Of a stretch of 64,000 nt of DNA, positions 1-13,400 are shown one piece after another (the first letter of the stretch is position 1; the number at the start of each line of letters is the position of its first letter). This stretch comes from Podarcis erhardii (lineage: Eukaryota), in assembly GCA_964252035.1 (NCBI GenBank), contig OZ176201.1, one strand, 5' to 3'. Position numbers and translations under genes: made by a program. The notes under the pieces are model-generated. The model worked only from the letters and a program-made list of their open reading frames with translations, was not told where the DNA came from and did no database searches.

Positions 1-39
1 GTTTGGGTGATTCACGCCATTGAAGATTCCCATCTGTGG

Positions 40-40
<1 letters not shown>

Positions 41-90
<50 letters not shown>

Positions 91-92
91 TC
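41..92. repeat. (TTTC)13 microsatellite
   Basis: Perfect TTTC tandem run read directly from the sequence. Confidence 0.98.
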
Positions 93-315
93 GACTCTGC
101 AAACAGTATCAGCCCCCAAGCGCTAATGCATTATATAGTGCCCAACAGCTTACCATTTAGTTCTGTTGAGAAATTTTCATTTTTGTAGTGCACACCTCTA
201 CAGTCACGCCTGCAAGTGAAAACATAGTACTGGTTGTATGGATTTCTGGCTTCCATTTCCAATTTCCTTCTACCACATCTTAGAACAAGACAGTATTTCT
301 CTCTTGTAACAATTT

Positions 316-550
316 CCAGAGGGGTTAGCTGTGTTAGTTTCTTGCAGCAAAAACCGAAATGAGGGGGGGGGGGAACAATTTCCCTCTGACCTTGCTGTTT
401 ACAATTCCTAACCACCAGCAGCTTCCAACCATGCGTACAGATAGATAGATACCTGTAACTCAGGACAACACTTCATGCATCTGATAATGTGGACTGTATT
501 CCATAAAAAATCTTTGTCTTTAAGGTACCACTGGATTCTTTGTTGTTTTC
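316..550. mobile_element. Degenerate Penelope-like element terminal (pLTR) fragments, two pieces in opposite orientation
   Basis: 316-354 'cagaggggttagctgtgttagtttcttgcagcaaaaac' and 475-550 'atgcatctgataatgtggactgtattcc...gtctttaaggtaccactggattctttgttg' resemble the two orientations of the reptile Penelope end motif (recalled consensus). Confidence 0.45.
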
Positions 551-2159
551 TCTCTTGTGCTCCAGTACTTCCATTTCACCAGAATATATTGATAAAAAGG
601 TCCCAGCCGTTGCATACCCAAATTTACTAATATCTCTGTTCATAGACACCTACCTATAACTTAGCCTGACATGAAGCCCTAAACTATCCACATGAGAATA
701 TAGTGTTTTATGTTGAGTTTAATACACTGGGTGCAAATTCTGTGTTTTATTGATGGTAGGTAGAAATGGGTTAGGGTTGGTTAGGCAAGTGAAGAGTTGA
801 AGCTATCTGAGATGCTGGTGTTAAGGGCTTGGCAGAGCTAGGAACTCAAAAGCTTTGCATCAGCAGGACTATCTTGGATGGTTTCAGGACCATGGCTAGA
901 GTGCCTATAATATTCTCTGACAGGCAGGTAACACCGACCATGTTTGAACAATCAGATCTTTGTTTAATAAACCAAAATGCTCACGAGCTCATGGTTTAGT
1001 GTGAAGTTTGAAAGTGTCCCATGTAACATGAGAGCAGAGAGCAAGAGCGTACTTGCGCAGGATGCAGAGCTCAAGGGAACAATGCATTTAAGCAAAGCAA
1101 AAGCCATTCCAGATTCCTGCAGGCAATCCCTTGCTTGGACGCAGGGGGAGGCAGAGCTGAAGTATCACTACAACTTAAACCATAGGATACTTGAAATGTC
1201 ATTCCTTCCTATTGTTTAAGTTGTAGCATGTGATTCTCATTTAGCATGCTTTAAAAATGGGAATAAACAGATTCATAGAGGATAAGTATGTCAATTCCTC
1301 TTAGGCATGATAGCTATAAATGGAACCTCCATGGCCAGAGGCACCCATCTATTGATTATTGGATGCTGGGAACTTTTCATCCAGGGGGCGGTGAGTGGGC
1401 TTTGCTTCCGTCTCCCTCGGGGTATCTGATTGGCTGCTGTTGCAGACAAAAAGGTAGACCAGACCGTGTCACATTGCTTTGCTCAAGCATTGCTGCTTGC
1501 TGCTTGTTTTCTGTACCAGTTTTGCACTGATGGGGAGCTTCCAATGTTAACTTTTTAAACTGACGCTGTTGGCTAAACCTGCTGTGATAAATCCCTGCCC
1601 TGTTCCACAGTTGTTTTTGCCTGTGTCACTTACTGAAGAAGCTGCTCTTGCCAAGGTTTCAAAATGCCTATTTTCTGGACAAAGCTAAGAGCTTCTCCTG
1701 TGTCTTCTTTCTTCTTGGTGTCTCTACTTCTTCCGGACGCTATCAGTCACGTCACCCTCTGATTCTTCTCTTCTTCAGGCTGTCTTCTTCCAAAACTCTT
1801 CTTGTCTCTCCAACTGCCTTTTATTTGGTCAATTCTGTTTGGTTCTTTCATTCCCCATGGGAGCTCTAGAGAACTTAGCCTTTATTTCCCTCCTCTTCTC
1901 ACTCTGTATGTTTGTCTTCAGATGTTTTCTTTTTCTCCCTTTATGTTGAGGAGTCTCCAGTCTGCATTTCCACCCCTGCCTCTCTCAGTTGTCACTATGG
2001 CTGGAATCCAGACATGTCCACAATGGACCGAGAGGGCCAGTTCTTTGCCTCCTGTTTTCAGTGTGCAAGTTCTCACTGCAGAAGAGGCAAGCTACTTTTT
2101 AACATTGAATAGCAGCTTGTTTCTTGGACAGTGGGAATTTCTGGTGCTTTTGCCCTGAA

Positions 2160-2235
2160 GTCAACTCTTCCATTGTGAACCACCGTGGGATGTTCAGATG
2201 AAGGATGGTATACAAATTTAATAAATAACAACAAC
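2160..2235 (+). mobile_element. L2-type LINE/SINE 3' tail relic
   Basis: 'attgtgaaccaccgtgggatgttcagatgaaggatggtatacaaatttaataaataacaacaac' matches the TGTAAGCCGCC...GCGGTATATAAAT plus simple-repeat tail pattern of squamate L2. Confidence 0.5.
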
Positions 2236-5200
2236 CTCCATCTTTCTTCATGTCATGCTGCCCATTGAAATTCAACACAGCAAAGACAACATTCCCAATT
2301 TCTTTAGCAAATCTGTTTCCTCTCCTTGGTTTTTTTTGGGGGGGGCGGGCATTGGTTATTGTCAGATACTTTGTAGTCTCCTTCAAGCAGCCCTGGTCCT
2401 CTCGCCATCCTTCAGTTTCAATATCGATGCTGTTTTTTGTTTCTTTGTTTTAGGTCTTTAAAACCCTGAAGCGTTTAAAGGAGGCTTTTCAGAGCAAGGT
2501 TTAAAATGGGCATAAAATGCTGTCATTAAACCACATCCAATATATGGGCAGGCAGATTGTCATGGTCACCAATCCTAATAGATATGCAGCGCTTAGCAGA
2601 CTAGGCATCTGGTGGAGGCTTTGCTTTATCTTGTTTGCTCTGTCCCTTTAGGAGATAGTCACTTGGCAATACTCAGTAACTTAAAACCACCTCTAGCCTG
2701 ATCTAGTGACAGAGAACAGCAAACACATGGAATGTATTTCTAAAAGGGCAACAGTGTTCATTATGTTTTAGAAAAAAAGTCCTAGATTAGCATTGGGCTT
2801 CCTTTCCTTTTTTATTAGCTGTCTTATTGCCTGATAACTAGATATGCAAAACTGCAAGGATTCTGACATCTTTTGCAAATCCTGCCTTGTATTTAATTAG
2901 CATTTATCTTAATCTCATTTTAATTTTTTTTCACACCCAGCAGCGCAATCAAATGCTACTGCGGCATTTTTTAACAATTATGTTATGTTGGCAGATAGAG
3001 ACTTCAAGGAAGCTGACCTTTCTCAAGCCCAGACTTATAAAAGAGTAGGCTGTTAATTATGTTTTTATTGGAAGATGCATCCCGACTGCGTCTGGGCAGT
3101 CCAGCTTTGCTCTGTTTAGATGGGGTTGGAAATGTTCTCCAAACAAATGTGGAGGACAGAAAGAGCTGCTGGTGTGGAAAGAGGGGGCCCTGACTTTAGA
3201 AGAAAAGGTTGCTTATGTTTTTGTACTTTAGCTTTAATTGGGTTATCAGCTGCAGCTTCAAGGCTTAAACGAACTGACCTAAATATTAGATCTCTGTTGG
3301 GGTTAAATGTTCCCCCTTCCTATAAAGATTTGGTTTCCAAAGTAACTTCTGGAGCGTTTTAGCTCTGTGTTGAAAGTATAAAACTGCCTTTGAATCATTT
3401 ATTACTGTTCACGCTGAGCAGTAGTTAGCTTGTCGAGAATAAGCACTCAAAACAAATTAAAAGGCATCTGAAGAAAACACCTGATCCAGCTCTGTCCTCA
3501 TGTAAGATCAGAGAATTCGCTAGAGAGAGACTGATTAGAGCTGGTGGTATTTGAGTATTATTGCCAGTTTTGTAGATTATCATTTCAGATAATAACATAT
3601 AGCAGAAGGAAGGCAAAATTATCCATTTTCATTTACAAATGACCCTTTATTTCCTGAGAAGCAAGGCGGCTGTAGTTAAATCAAAGGCTAATTCTTGACA
3701 GAAAAGCATTATTTGCCATGATGGAATTGTTGTTCTTGTTGCTGTTAGGATGTTATTTCTTTTACCCTCACAGTGTACATTAGGGGAATCTGTAGAAGGA
3801 AAATAGGAAGGAGATGGGGGATGAAATATTCTCATCAGAGCAAGACTCAGCATAGATATTGGTGTTGCAGTTTCATGTGTCACTGAGAATCTGGTTGGGT
3901 TTGGCTGCAGACATTGTCAAGAAAGACAATGGCTACCATTTTGTTTACTATTCCCACCCTTTCTCTGAATAACCTTTTCCCTTTCTACACCCCCCCAAGA
4001 TGATAACCCCTCCATTCTTCTAAGAGAAAACGAAACAATAAAATACATGTATATTTTGTAAGCCACTTTGAATTACTTTTGAGTTATTGTAAAAGAAAAG
4101 TGACTAATAAGTACTAATATTATATCTTAAGTCAAGATGGTGATCTGATTTCAGGGAGGTATATTTTGTGGCAAACGAGTCCTATCAGTCTGGGCCATTT
4201 CAGAAGCGAAGATAAAATCTGCAGTCAACAAAGAGCTGCAGAACATCACAGCTTTGTGACAAGTGTAGTTGCATGAGTCACCTACAGAAAGGCAATGTGT
4301 GAAGTGGTCTTTCTTCAAAACAAGGTTTGCTGTAAAAGAAAAAAAAAATGTTTAAGCTTGTAGACAGGTAAGAGCACTTCCATTGTGTTCAGCAGCTGCA
4401 GAATGTTCCTAGGTATTATTACTCGGAACTAGGAAAATTCTTTCCAACTTGCTAAGAGGCCTCACTTCTGGGAGAAGAAACAAAGAGCTTTCATTAGCTC
4501 AACAGATACAGTGTTGATTCATACAAATACCAGCCAGGAAATCCCCTACTCATGGTGGAGGTAGACTCCATGCGCATGCTTACCACCACAGTACACACAT
4601 ACATCTAGTTCCCTGTGAGCCTTCTAGCTTGAAAACAGTGTACAGTATAAAGTTTGAATAAATTGGGCGGTATTTATACTTACCTGTATTGGTTCACAAG
4701 TACACCTGGTACAGATGTTATGGATGCCCTATGCATGTTGTTGGAGTCTTGTAACCCACCACTTACAAGGCGTTCCCAAGGCTGATAAATATACGAACAA
4801 GTTTGCCTTAAGGACCACGCTAAAATGTGGGCTTTTAAAATTTCCACTGGTGTTTGTATACACTTCTGTCTCAATCAGGTCATGCAGAAAAGTTAAGATG
4901 GGAGAAGTCAGAAAGTGAAGAGGCTTCCACCACTTCTAGCAACCATCTGCACCTCCTTAATTTAAAGACAGAGGGTGGGATTCACCTGCTCCCCTCCATG
5001 TGCCCCCTGAACCTCCAGAACAGCAGGGGAGGGGAAGACTGGGATGTTTTGCCAGGCAGGCTGATATGCTTGTACAGGCGAGACACTTGTAACAGCATGA
5101 CATTGAATTCTACTCAGAGTATTTATGTAAACCTGGGACACTTTCTTTCAGAGGGATTACTCTGTATTTACTAGTAATGTACTAGAGTGCCATGGATTTG

Positions 5201-8200
5201 TAGTATTCATAAATAAAAATACAAGCTGAGTCCTCACCAGCTTGTAAGAACCACCCTAATTATTATAAGTGGTATATGATCTCTCATGAACTTCCTCAAG
5301 GCATAGTCTAAAAAAGTAAAAGGTGACCTGAGTTACCCAGGCTAGAAAGATTTGCCTGGTTCTGTGCCAGCATTCAAGTGCCACACTCTACTTAACATGT
5401 GGGTGAAACACAATCATCTCAGCTGAAAGACATCTAGCAAGAACTGATATGACTTTCTGCTAGCCTTTTGTAGGCTGTACAACAGTTGTGCCATGAGCGT
5501 TAAACTGGTCAGTTTTTGTGTTTCTGATCATTAGTAGATTATATGGTTGGGGTCTTTGGCTGCTGTAAACTAATTAATGGCATTTTTCTTAACACTGCTA
5601 CAATTAGCTTGGTCCTTTTCCAGTTTGCTTTTGGCATAAACCCAGTGGAGAGTCAAGAAGCATGCTAGTAGTCATGCTTACTTCTGGTAACAAGGCAATG
5701 CACCCTTTAGTTTTGTGGGGTTGCTGCTGTGTTTTAATCCTTATGTTTAACAATCCAGCATCTTGATGGTTGCTGAATTGGGCTCTGATTTGAAAAGAAT
5801 GCTTTCTAAAGATCCAGGTGTGGGAGGGTGGTTTTTTTTATTTTTTTGCTGCTCTGCTTGCAATAATATATAAAAGAGTAACATGTATGAGAATCAGGTG
5901 ACTGCAGTTGCACTGCTGCATTTATCTGGACCAGCCATTCAATTACAAGAAAGAAAACATCAACATGCCCTAGGAAAGGCTAGCACAGTGGAAAACCTGA
6001 GTCATTTCAGTTGCTAAATTAGTTTTAAATTAAATGTTTCTGAGGCTGTACTAAGTTCACCCATTGTCTGGAAAAAGGACAGCGTTTGGACTTTTGCTCA
6101 AGCAACTGGCGCCTTCCATATTAATGTGGAGTGCCATATGAAACTTGGAACACCTATTCATCCTCTGATTTACACAGAAGTAAGATGGAGTAACTTTTCA
6201 TTTCATACATGCCAATTTCAAATCATGCTCAGAGTTCTGTTTATTTTTATTTTTATTTTCCTTGATACAGTCAAGGAATAAAGGCAATGAAAATAAAGAG
6301 AAAGATCAGCAACGGAGCATAGCAATTTGCAGTGCAGTATTATGTAGTTAAAGTAAATACAACCAGAACAAAACTAAAAGAAGGAAGCAGTGGGTGATGG
6401 GAGGAAGAAAAGCGGGAGGAGAATAGGTCCTGGCAGAACCTGATGGGTGTGTGCTTCCTTCAAACAGTTTCCAGTACAACTCCCAAATGTCCAAGTGTCT
6501 ATTGTGCCACCTACTGAAGGTAGCTTTCCCCCCATATGGTGCCAGAGTAGATGAGCCCTCTGAGCGATTGTGGGTGTGGTAGGAGTGGAGAGATATATGC
6601 TCTTTCCACTAGTCTTTGGACCAGCAACAGGGCACGCAAAGTCTAATTACTTTGCTCCTCTGTCAGGACCCACAGCACTGCAGGATAACTGAACATAGCG
6701 TGAGCATCAAATAATTTTGGGGATTTTCCGAGGACCAAGGCAGTATGGAGAATCCCGTCAGGACAGAGATCAGTCTGGGTGGCATGTTCATTTTTATCAC
6801 AGGAACCTTGCCCCACAGACTCTGGGGTAAACATTTCCACCATTCCTAGTCACACTGTATTTCCTTGATTGTATGCATAAGTTTGCAGTTGACCACGTTG
6901 CCGATATCTCTGGGAACTAGAATTCACAGATATGCTAGTTTAGCGGGACACAAACCGAAATTCCAAGCCGTGTAAAAACTGTGGGGCAGGACACCATCAA
7001 GGGATACAACTTCTGGTTTGGACCAGTTCATGCTGTATCCTGAGAGGTGTCCAAAATAATGGATGAGTGTTGTCAGTAAGTGACACAGGCTCAGTGCCAT
7101 TTGTTTGAACCAGAAATGCTATCTACCTCACCATAGAGGACATGGGCACTAGCTTTTTAGATTTCTTCTTCTGGCATCTCACTGCTGCTTTTTGTTCCCT
7201 TGTGTCAAGGAGGAAGGGATTGGGTGACATTCAGCTGAATATTTTTTCCTCCCCCCTCCCCCCATGGAGACCCATTTGATGAGCAGTGTGGCAGCCTTAG
7301 TTAGGACATTCCTCGTTCTTCAGTAATATCAGAACCTATATTCCCCTCTTTGCCTTTCTTTCTTGTCAAACTTCTTTTGTTATTGGGAGTGGATTGGATA
7401 GGCCCAACTGTTGGCTCACTTGCGCTCTTGTGTGTCCATTTTAGAGCATTTTGTTGCGCTGTAGAAGTGTGTCGCTGTGCATTAGTCTGGCTGGGACACT
7501 GGAAATCCACACTTGGCCAAGAAGCCCTTGGGGTGGCCCTGAGGAAGTCACTGTCTATTAACGCAGACTTCTTAATATGGTCCTTATGAGGCTAAAACAT
7601 CTCTCTGAACTCCCTAGAGAGCACAGGGGTGGGGCACATTCACTCCTAGGCAACCTCCTGGGTTGCACTGCGGCAGTAGGTAGTGCCAGAGGCAAAAGTG
7701 GGAAGAGCAAAGGAAGCAGTGCACCTCCGTACAGTGACTCTATTCCAGCTGTGTAAAGGGCACAGGGTTCTGTGCAAGCAAGAGGCATTATTGCAGTTCA
7801 AGACATACTGCAGGCAAATGAAGGCACTTGAGAAAGACATGGAGCTGGGTATATGTTAATGAATCGACAACAAGTAATTATGGATTATTGTTCCAGTAAT
7901 GGATGTTGGAGGGGTTTTTTGAGATAAAGTCTTCATACTGGGCTGGAGGAGGACTATTCTTGACATTTAGTGATAATAACAACTGGAGACCCCCTTTTAG
8001 ACTTTTTGTGTGGAAATGAAAATGAATGAACTTGGGGTGTCAGGGATGGAAGATTGGAAAATAATGTGATAACAATAATTACGTGACAAAATATAATGAT
8101 ATATATTAACAATATTTCAGCTGCTACTAGCACCACCAGTATTACTACTACTACTACTGTTAGCAAGAAGTCAAAATCCTTTATGCGTCCAAGCTAAGCA

Positions 8201-8673
8201 TATGCATCTTTTGAGGAGTAACTCTGCTGTTATTTGACTTTAAAAAAAAAATTCCCTGGAACAATTCACAGCATGTATATGCTTAAGGAGATGACTCATC
8301 AGAGAAAACAGTTTCAATCAGTCAATCTTTGTGGGTTAGAGTGAATTGCTGGGAAATTTCAAGAAACTACAAAGACAAGAAAACAAACAGAAAGTAGGGT
8401 TCAGTGAAGCTACCCTGCAGTACTAATTCCAGTAGTTATCTCCATGAGTGAGACTGTGCTGACAAATGGATTCCTAGTGAAGCAAGTACCCATAAGTCCT
8501 CCTGGGATACAGAGACATTCCTTTCAAAAATTATTTGTTTTGCACTTCCAACTCTTTCTTCAGAGTAACTTGCACACAATTGGTTCCAAGTTTCCTTGAC
8601 AGTGGTTCCTTTTTACAATATTCAGTACTGATGTAAGAGCTCAGCATGTATATAGGAGCTAACTTATTAGCTA

Positions 8674-9067
8674 CCGTATTTTTCGTCCTATAGGGCGCAC
8701 CGGCCCATAGGACGCACCTCGGGTTTTTTTGGGGGGGGGAATGAATAAAAAAATTTATTTCTCCCCCCCCCCAGCCGCGGCTGCCGCCCCAAGCCTTGCG
8801 TACACCTGCCTGAAGCACGGGGCGCCCTCCGGAGGGCTCCCTGTGCTTCGGGCTGCAGGCTGCCGCCCCAAGCCTTGCGCGCCCGGCAGGACCTCCCGCC
8901 GGGCTTGCAAGGCTTGCGGATAGCTTCCTGAAGCCTGGAGAGCGAGAGGGGTCGGTGCGCACCGATGCCTCTCGCTCTCCAGGCTTCAGCGAAAACCTGC
9001 ATTCCACACACATTTCCCCTTCATTTTTGGAGGGGAAAAAGTGCGTCCTATGGGGCGAAAAATACGG
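8674..9067 (+). mobile_element. Tc1-mariner (Tc2/pogo-like) MITE, hairpin-cassette family, copy 1 (394 bp)
   Basis: TIRs CCGTATTTTTCGTCCTATAGGGCGCAC / GTGCGTCCTATGGGGCGAAAAATACGG; TA target duplication at 8672-73 and 9068-69; homologous to 42481-43181. Confidence 0.92.
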
Positions 9068-9232
9068 TACATTTGCTTTTGTGTATCTAATAACTTCCCT
9101 TAATTATCTAAGGCCTGAAGAGGTTCCCCCCATATATACATGGTACAGCCAGGTGGTAGACATGAATTTCTACTCCCAAAGGCCAAGGATGTGTCCTGCC
9201 TCTCACTGTCCCACTCTCATCTTCTTCTCCAG

Positions 9233-9390
9233 GTTTTTCGTACCGATCTGATAACAGCTATGAAAATCCCAGATTCTTACCAACTGAGCCCAGATGAGTA
9301 CTACATCCTTGCTGATCCCTGGAGGCAAGAGTGGGAGAAAGGTGTTCAGGTGCCAGCAAATACAGAAACAATCCCTGAACCAGTGGTTAG
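9233..9390 (+). CDS. JADE2: JADE2 (PHF15) internal coding exon, 158 bp: [52 protein letters not shown](R)
   Basis: Polypyrimidine tract plus AG (9231-32) acceptor and GTAAGC donor at 9391. The peptide is nearly identical to the JADE2 N-terminal EPC-like region ([11 protein letters not shown]...IPEPVVR is JADE2-specific versus JADE1/3). Confidence 0.96.
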
Positions 9391-10264
9391 GTAAGCCTGA
9401 TGTTCTTCTGCTTGTGAGATACCTTCAGTTGGTTTTCCCCCTTCAGAGAGTGCCATGTTCTGCCTCCTATGATTTAATGAGGAATCTTTACATGATCCCA
9501 GTTGTATAGGGTAGCTTTACGGGGTTAACTTTTCCTGTGAGGGAGTTAAGAGTCAGGCCCAGTGTCACCATGTGGCATCCTCCAATAGCTGTTATGATAT
9601 CAACAAACTGCTTTCTGATTTAGAGCTGTTTGATATGCCTGAGAGAATCTCATTTCTTCTTTGACTCACTTGGGTTCTGAGCTAGAAGGCAGAAACAGCA
9701 TTAACTTAGCTGTGCTGCTGTTGGAATAGGATCAGTCCCAGCTTTAACCACTGCACCAGCAGAAATCGGATTGCAAGCATGAAAAGGTTCAAAGGAGTTA
9801 GTGGTTAATGAGAGGGTTTATGTGCACCTGAAAATCTATCTTGGGTATGATTTTCCCTGAGGTGGCAATCCAAAACCTGCTTGCCTGGGTTAAGCCCAAT
9901 TGAATTCAGTAGGACTTGCTTGTTACTAGACATGATTAGAATTGTGCTGTTACTCCAGATAATTTGAGTGGATTTTGGCCGCCAAAAGTCTACTGCAGGT
10001 TGCATTATATGGAATGCTGTTGGGGGATAATGAATCCCAGGCTGTTGCTATGCTTTCCATCCTCCTGATCTTTCCTATTCTGATGGCTTTGCAAAGTCAC
10101 AGGACAACTATGGTAAGTTAAAGTCAAGTGTGTTTGAACATAAGTGATAAATGTCCCCCCGTATCACCAAATTCTGTTTTCAAAGATTTTCATAAATCCA
10201 AACTGGACAGAACTGCATTCTATCTCCCTGTTTTCAGAGTTTCTTTCAGTGATACATTATATGG

Positions 10265-10415
10265 CAGGGATGTCCAACAGGTTGATTGCGGGGTGTCCCT
10301 GGTCAATTCTGGGACCCCGATGCCCCCCCCCAAAAAAAGCTCAACAACTTTGGCTCATCCTCATTTTTTTAATAGTGGGAGTAGATCGCAGTCTCTTGGA
10401 AGTTGGACGTACCTG
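10265..10415. mobile_element. Old hAT-type MITE
   Basis: TIR CAGGGATGTCCAAC vs revcomp CAGGTACGTCCAAC (12/14); 8-bp flanks ttatatgg / tcatatag (6/8). Confidence 0.6.
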
Positions 10416-13400
10416 TCATATAGGGTCACTTGAAACTCTGAAATTGTTCTCCATGTATTGCACATTTGACCATCCCCAGGAATGCATTCTTATAGAAACC
10501 ATAATGTGGCCCAAGCTGCCTGTAGATGCAGCTTCAGGGAAGTGATTGCCACAACAAGTGTGCTGCCACAAGGACACAAATTTCCACTGGGAATCTGGCT
10601 TTTTCCTGGGGCATCCTGTGACTCCTCATGGATGAGGCTGACTGTGAGACACCCCGTGATTTTGAGAAGTATTGCTATTGTTGGCACAACATACCTAAGT
10701 GAGTGGCCGGTGCTGAGAAGTTAATGGTGTTGAATAGGCTTTTGTCTTTCCTTTTTCATGGTATATCTTGTAGATCAGATGTTTATGGCTTGGTGCTGTG
10801 ATAACCCGGGTTAAGACTTTATGATAGAATACAACTCTTAGTAAGTAATTGTTCAAGATTCTGCGAAAGAATTCTGGCACAGAACAGTTCCAAACCCAAA
10901 TCTCCCATCTCCTGGCATCCTTATTAGCTTCTTATTAAACGCTGAAGCCCAAATGGAAAAGGTCCTATTTAAACTAATTCAAGGCTGCTCTTGCACATGA
11001 TGTACTGCAAAAGCAACTGACTAGCATTTGAGCAGGCTTTGGCCAAGAACATCCCTGCCTCTGCATTTTGCCATTTCTTTTTTCTTTCCTGTGTCTTTTC
11101 AAGTCAACTTTGATATCGATATCAAAGATCCTGGGGGTTTCTGCACTTAAAAGATGTTACATGTAATTCTGAAGCCCACTGTTAATCTATGAAAATCAGT
11201 GCGTTGAAAGAGCTCAGGAGGATTTTAAGCGCATTAAGGTGTTTTCAGATTTCATGCAGGAAATTCCTCCCCTCCCCCCCCAAAAAGGATGGAAATATTT
11301 CAGTAAAGTCAATAACTGCCTGAAGCACAGCTTGTCCAGCAGTGACAGCAGCAACAGCTGTTGGTGGAGGAAAGTTATGAAATAAACTTTTGTGCACTCA
11401 TCTCCTTCCATAAGGATTTGGGGAAGGTTGGGGGATGAATGACACGACTGGAAAACAACCAAACTTCAATGAGGAATCTAAACGCGTCCAAAATGGAAGC
11501 CATAAAAATGGAATTTGAAGTTTATTTAATCCTTAAAGAAATGTTGGGTGGAATATCTATTTTTACCAACTTTGATATACAACCACAGTCTGTAGTCGTA
11601 AATGTCCTGCTCTAGAGCTGAAGGTTGATTTTGGTGCTGTGTCAAGATGAAAAGTGATAGCCTGACGTTGCCTGGGCCGGAGGTGCCTATTTAAAGACAG
11701 ACTAAACGGGTTCACTTTTTTGGGGGGGGGGGCAAGTATACTTTGCAGGCAAGCAGTTTGTTTAATGTGATCTGCTCTTTCACCCCACTGAGGAGGTAGC
11801 CAAAGGCTCTGGACTCAGCCCAGCACAGAGGTGGGCACCCATAAAGCCTTTGAAATCAAGGCTTAAATGTTCCTAACTCCATGTTGGACTGAGGACTCTG
11901 AATGATATACCGAGACCAAGGGATTGCATATGGAAGCTGTGTTGTACAGTGTTGCAAAGGGGCAGAAAAATGTAAGGAAATGAGTAAGGAAATGTGTCCA
12001 GTCCTAGGGCTGTTGTGCTTCAGTCTTCATTATTCCACCATCTTTTCTGAACTAATTGAATCATCTGCCACACACTATCAAGCCATTGTTGGCATTTCAC
12101 AATACCATCTGAAGAACTCTTGACTCTTGGCAAAGGTTATACTAAACCCATTTGTTCTGCCCTATCAGATTTCCAAGGTTTAAGCAGTGGTTTGTGTAAG
12201 CCCAGGCACTGATTTCCTACACCAGTCATGGGTAGACCTACGGTTTGCAGGATCTACTTTTGACTGTTGCAACTAGAACCCCAAGATCCATCAACCAGAA
12301 CTAGGTGCAAAATTGTGGCTCAGAGGCCAGAGCCAGAAGCAAAGTGGTGATTAAGAGGTAGCCTCAATTAACTATTGCTCTCAATGAACCATACACTTGA
12401 ATAATCTCCATATGCAAGTATAAATCTATATCCAAGGTACTACAAAAGAGAGATTTCAATGTATTTGAGGGGATATCCTATTTAGGGGCATTAGAAATGC
12501 AATTTTACTACAAATCATCCTACAATGTACTAGTAGATAGATCCTGATGTACTTTTTAGCCACTCTTGCAAGGGTCAGTGGTCTGAGACGATGAAATAAG
12601 TTTGATGTGGGATACCAGCAGCGCAGCCTGGAAGTGTCCTGCACTTGGGAATCAGGTGCTCTCAGATAGCCAGTCACATGCTATTGCCTGCTGCAGTCAT
12701 TCAGTGTGTTCAACCCATCACTTAGGGAGGCCACCTGAATCCCTTTCCAGCTCCAGAATGTCTGCCGCTGGTAGACCGGACCATCTCAAACTACACAGGA
12801 GCACCTTTCACAGTTCTGCAGGACGTGGCCCTTCTCTGTTGGCTGTGGATAGGGTGCCACCCAGCAGAGTTCATCTGTACTTCTATCCCTTTCCTACATC
12901 CATCCTTGCTCAGCCATCTGCACATCATTCTAAATTAGTGAGTCGAGATGGAAACCACAGCTTCCTGTGTCAGTAATGCAGGTGCATCTAAAGTGCCCAT
13001 TATTTCCTGTCAAGTGGCCATTTCAGTTTGCAACTTCTTACATTTTCTCATAGGCTAAAAACTAGAGTCCCACTTCCATAGGAACATTTCAAGGCAGCTT
13101 TTATCTCCTAAGCTAAGTTTCAAAATAAAGGAGTGACTTTTCAGGAGTGTTGCTACCGCCTTGCAAGTCTGTTGTATCTCAGTTGTGACCACATTTTAAG
13201 AATGGGTAGCATAACCACATGCCATAAATGACTGTAGTTAGCGCAGGCAATAGAGAGAACCAGGAGTGTGGAATATAAATAGTGACACTGACGGCTGTCT
13301 TTATGGCAGCAAACAGGAAGGAGGGACAGGGGATGTATGCATGTATTGTTCCTTCTCTGAATACCCCAGGGGCATAATCACTTGTCCAGGTGTTTTCCAC

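Noticed and set aside
4879-5060. Possible upstream JADE2 exon after TCAG (GHAEKLRWEKSESEEASTTSS...)
   Set aside because: It does not match the expected ...KKPSE-ending exon and has no suitable donor. The true upstream exon appears to be outside the window.
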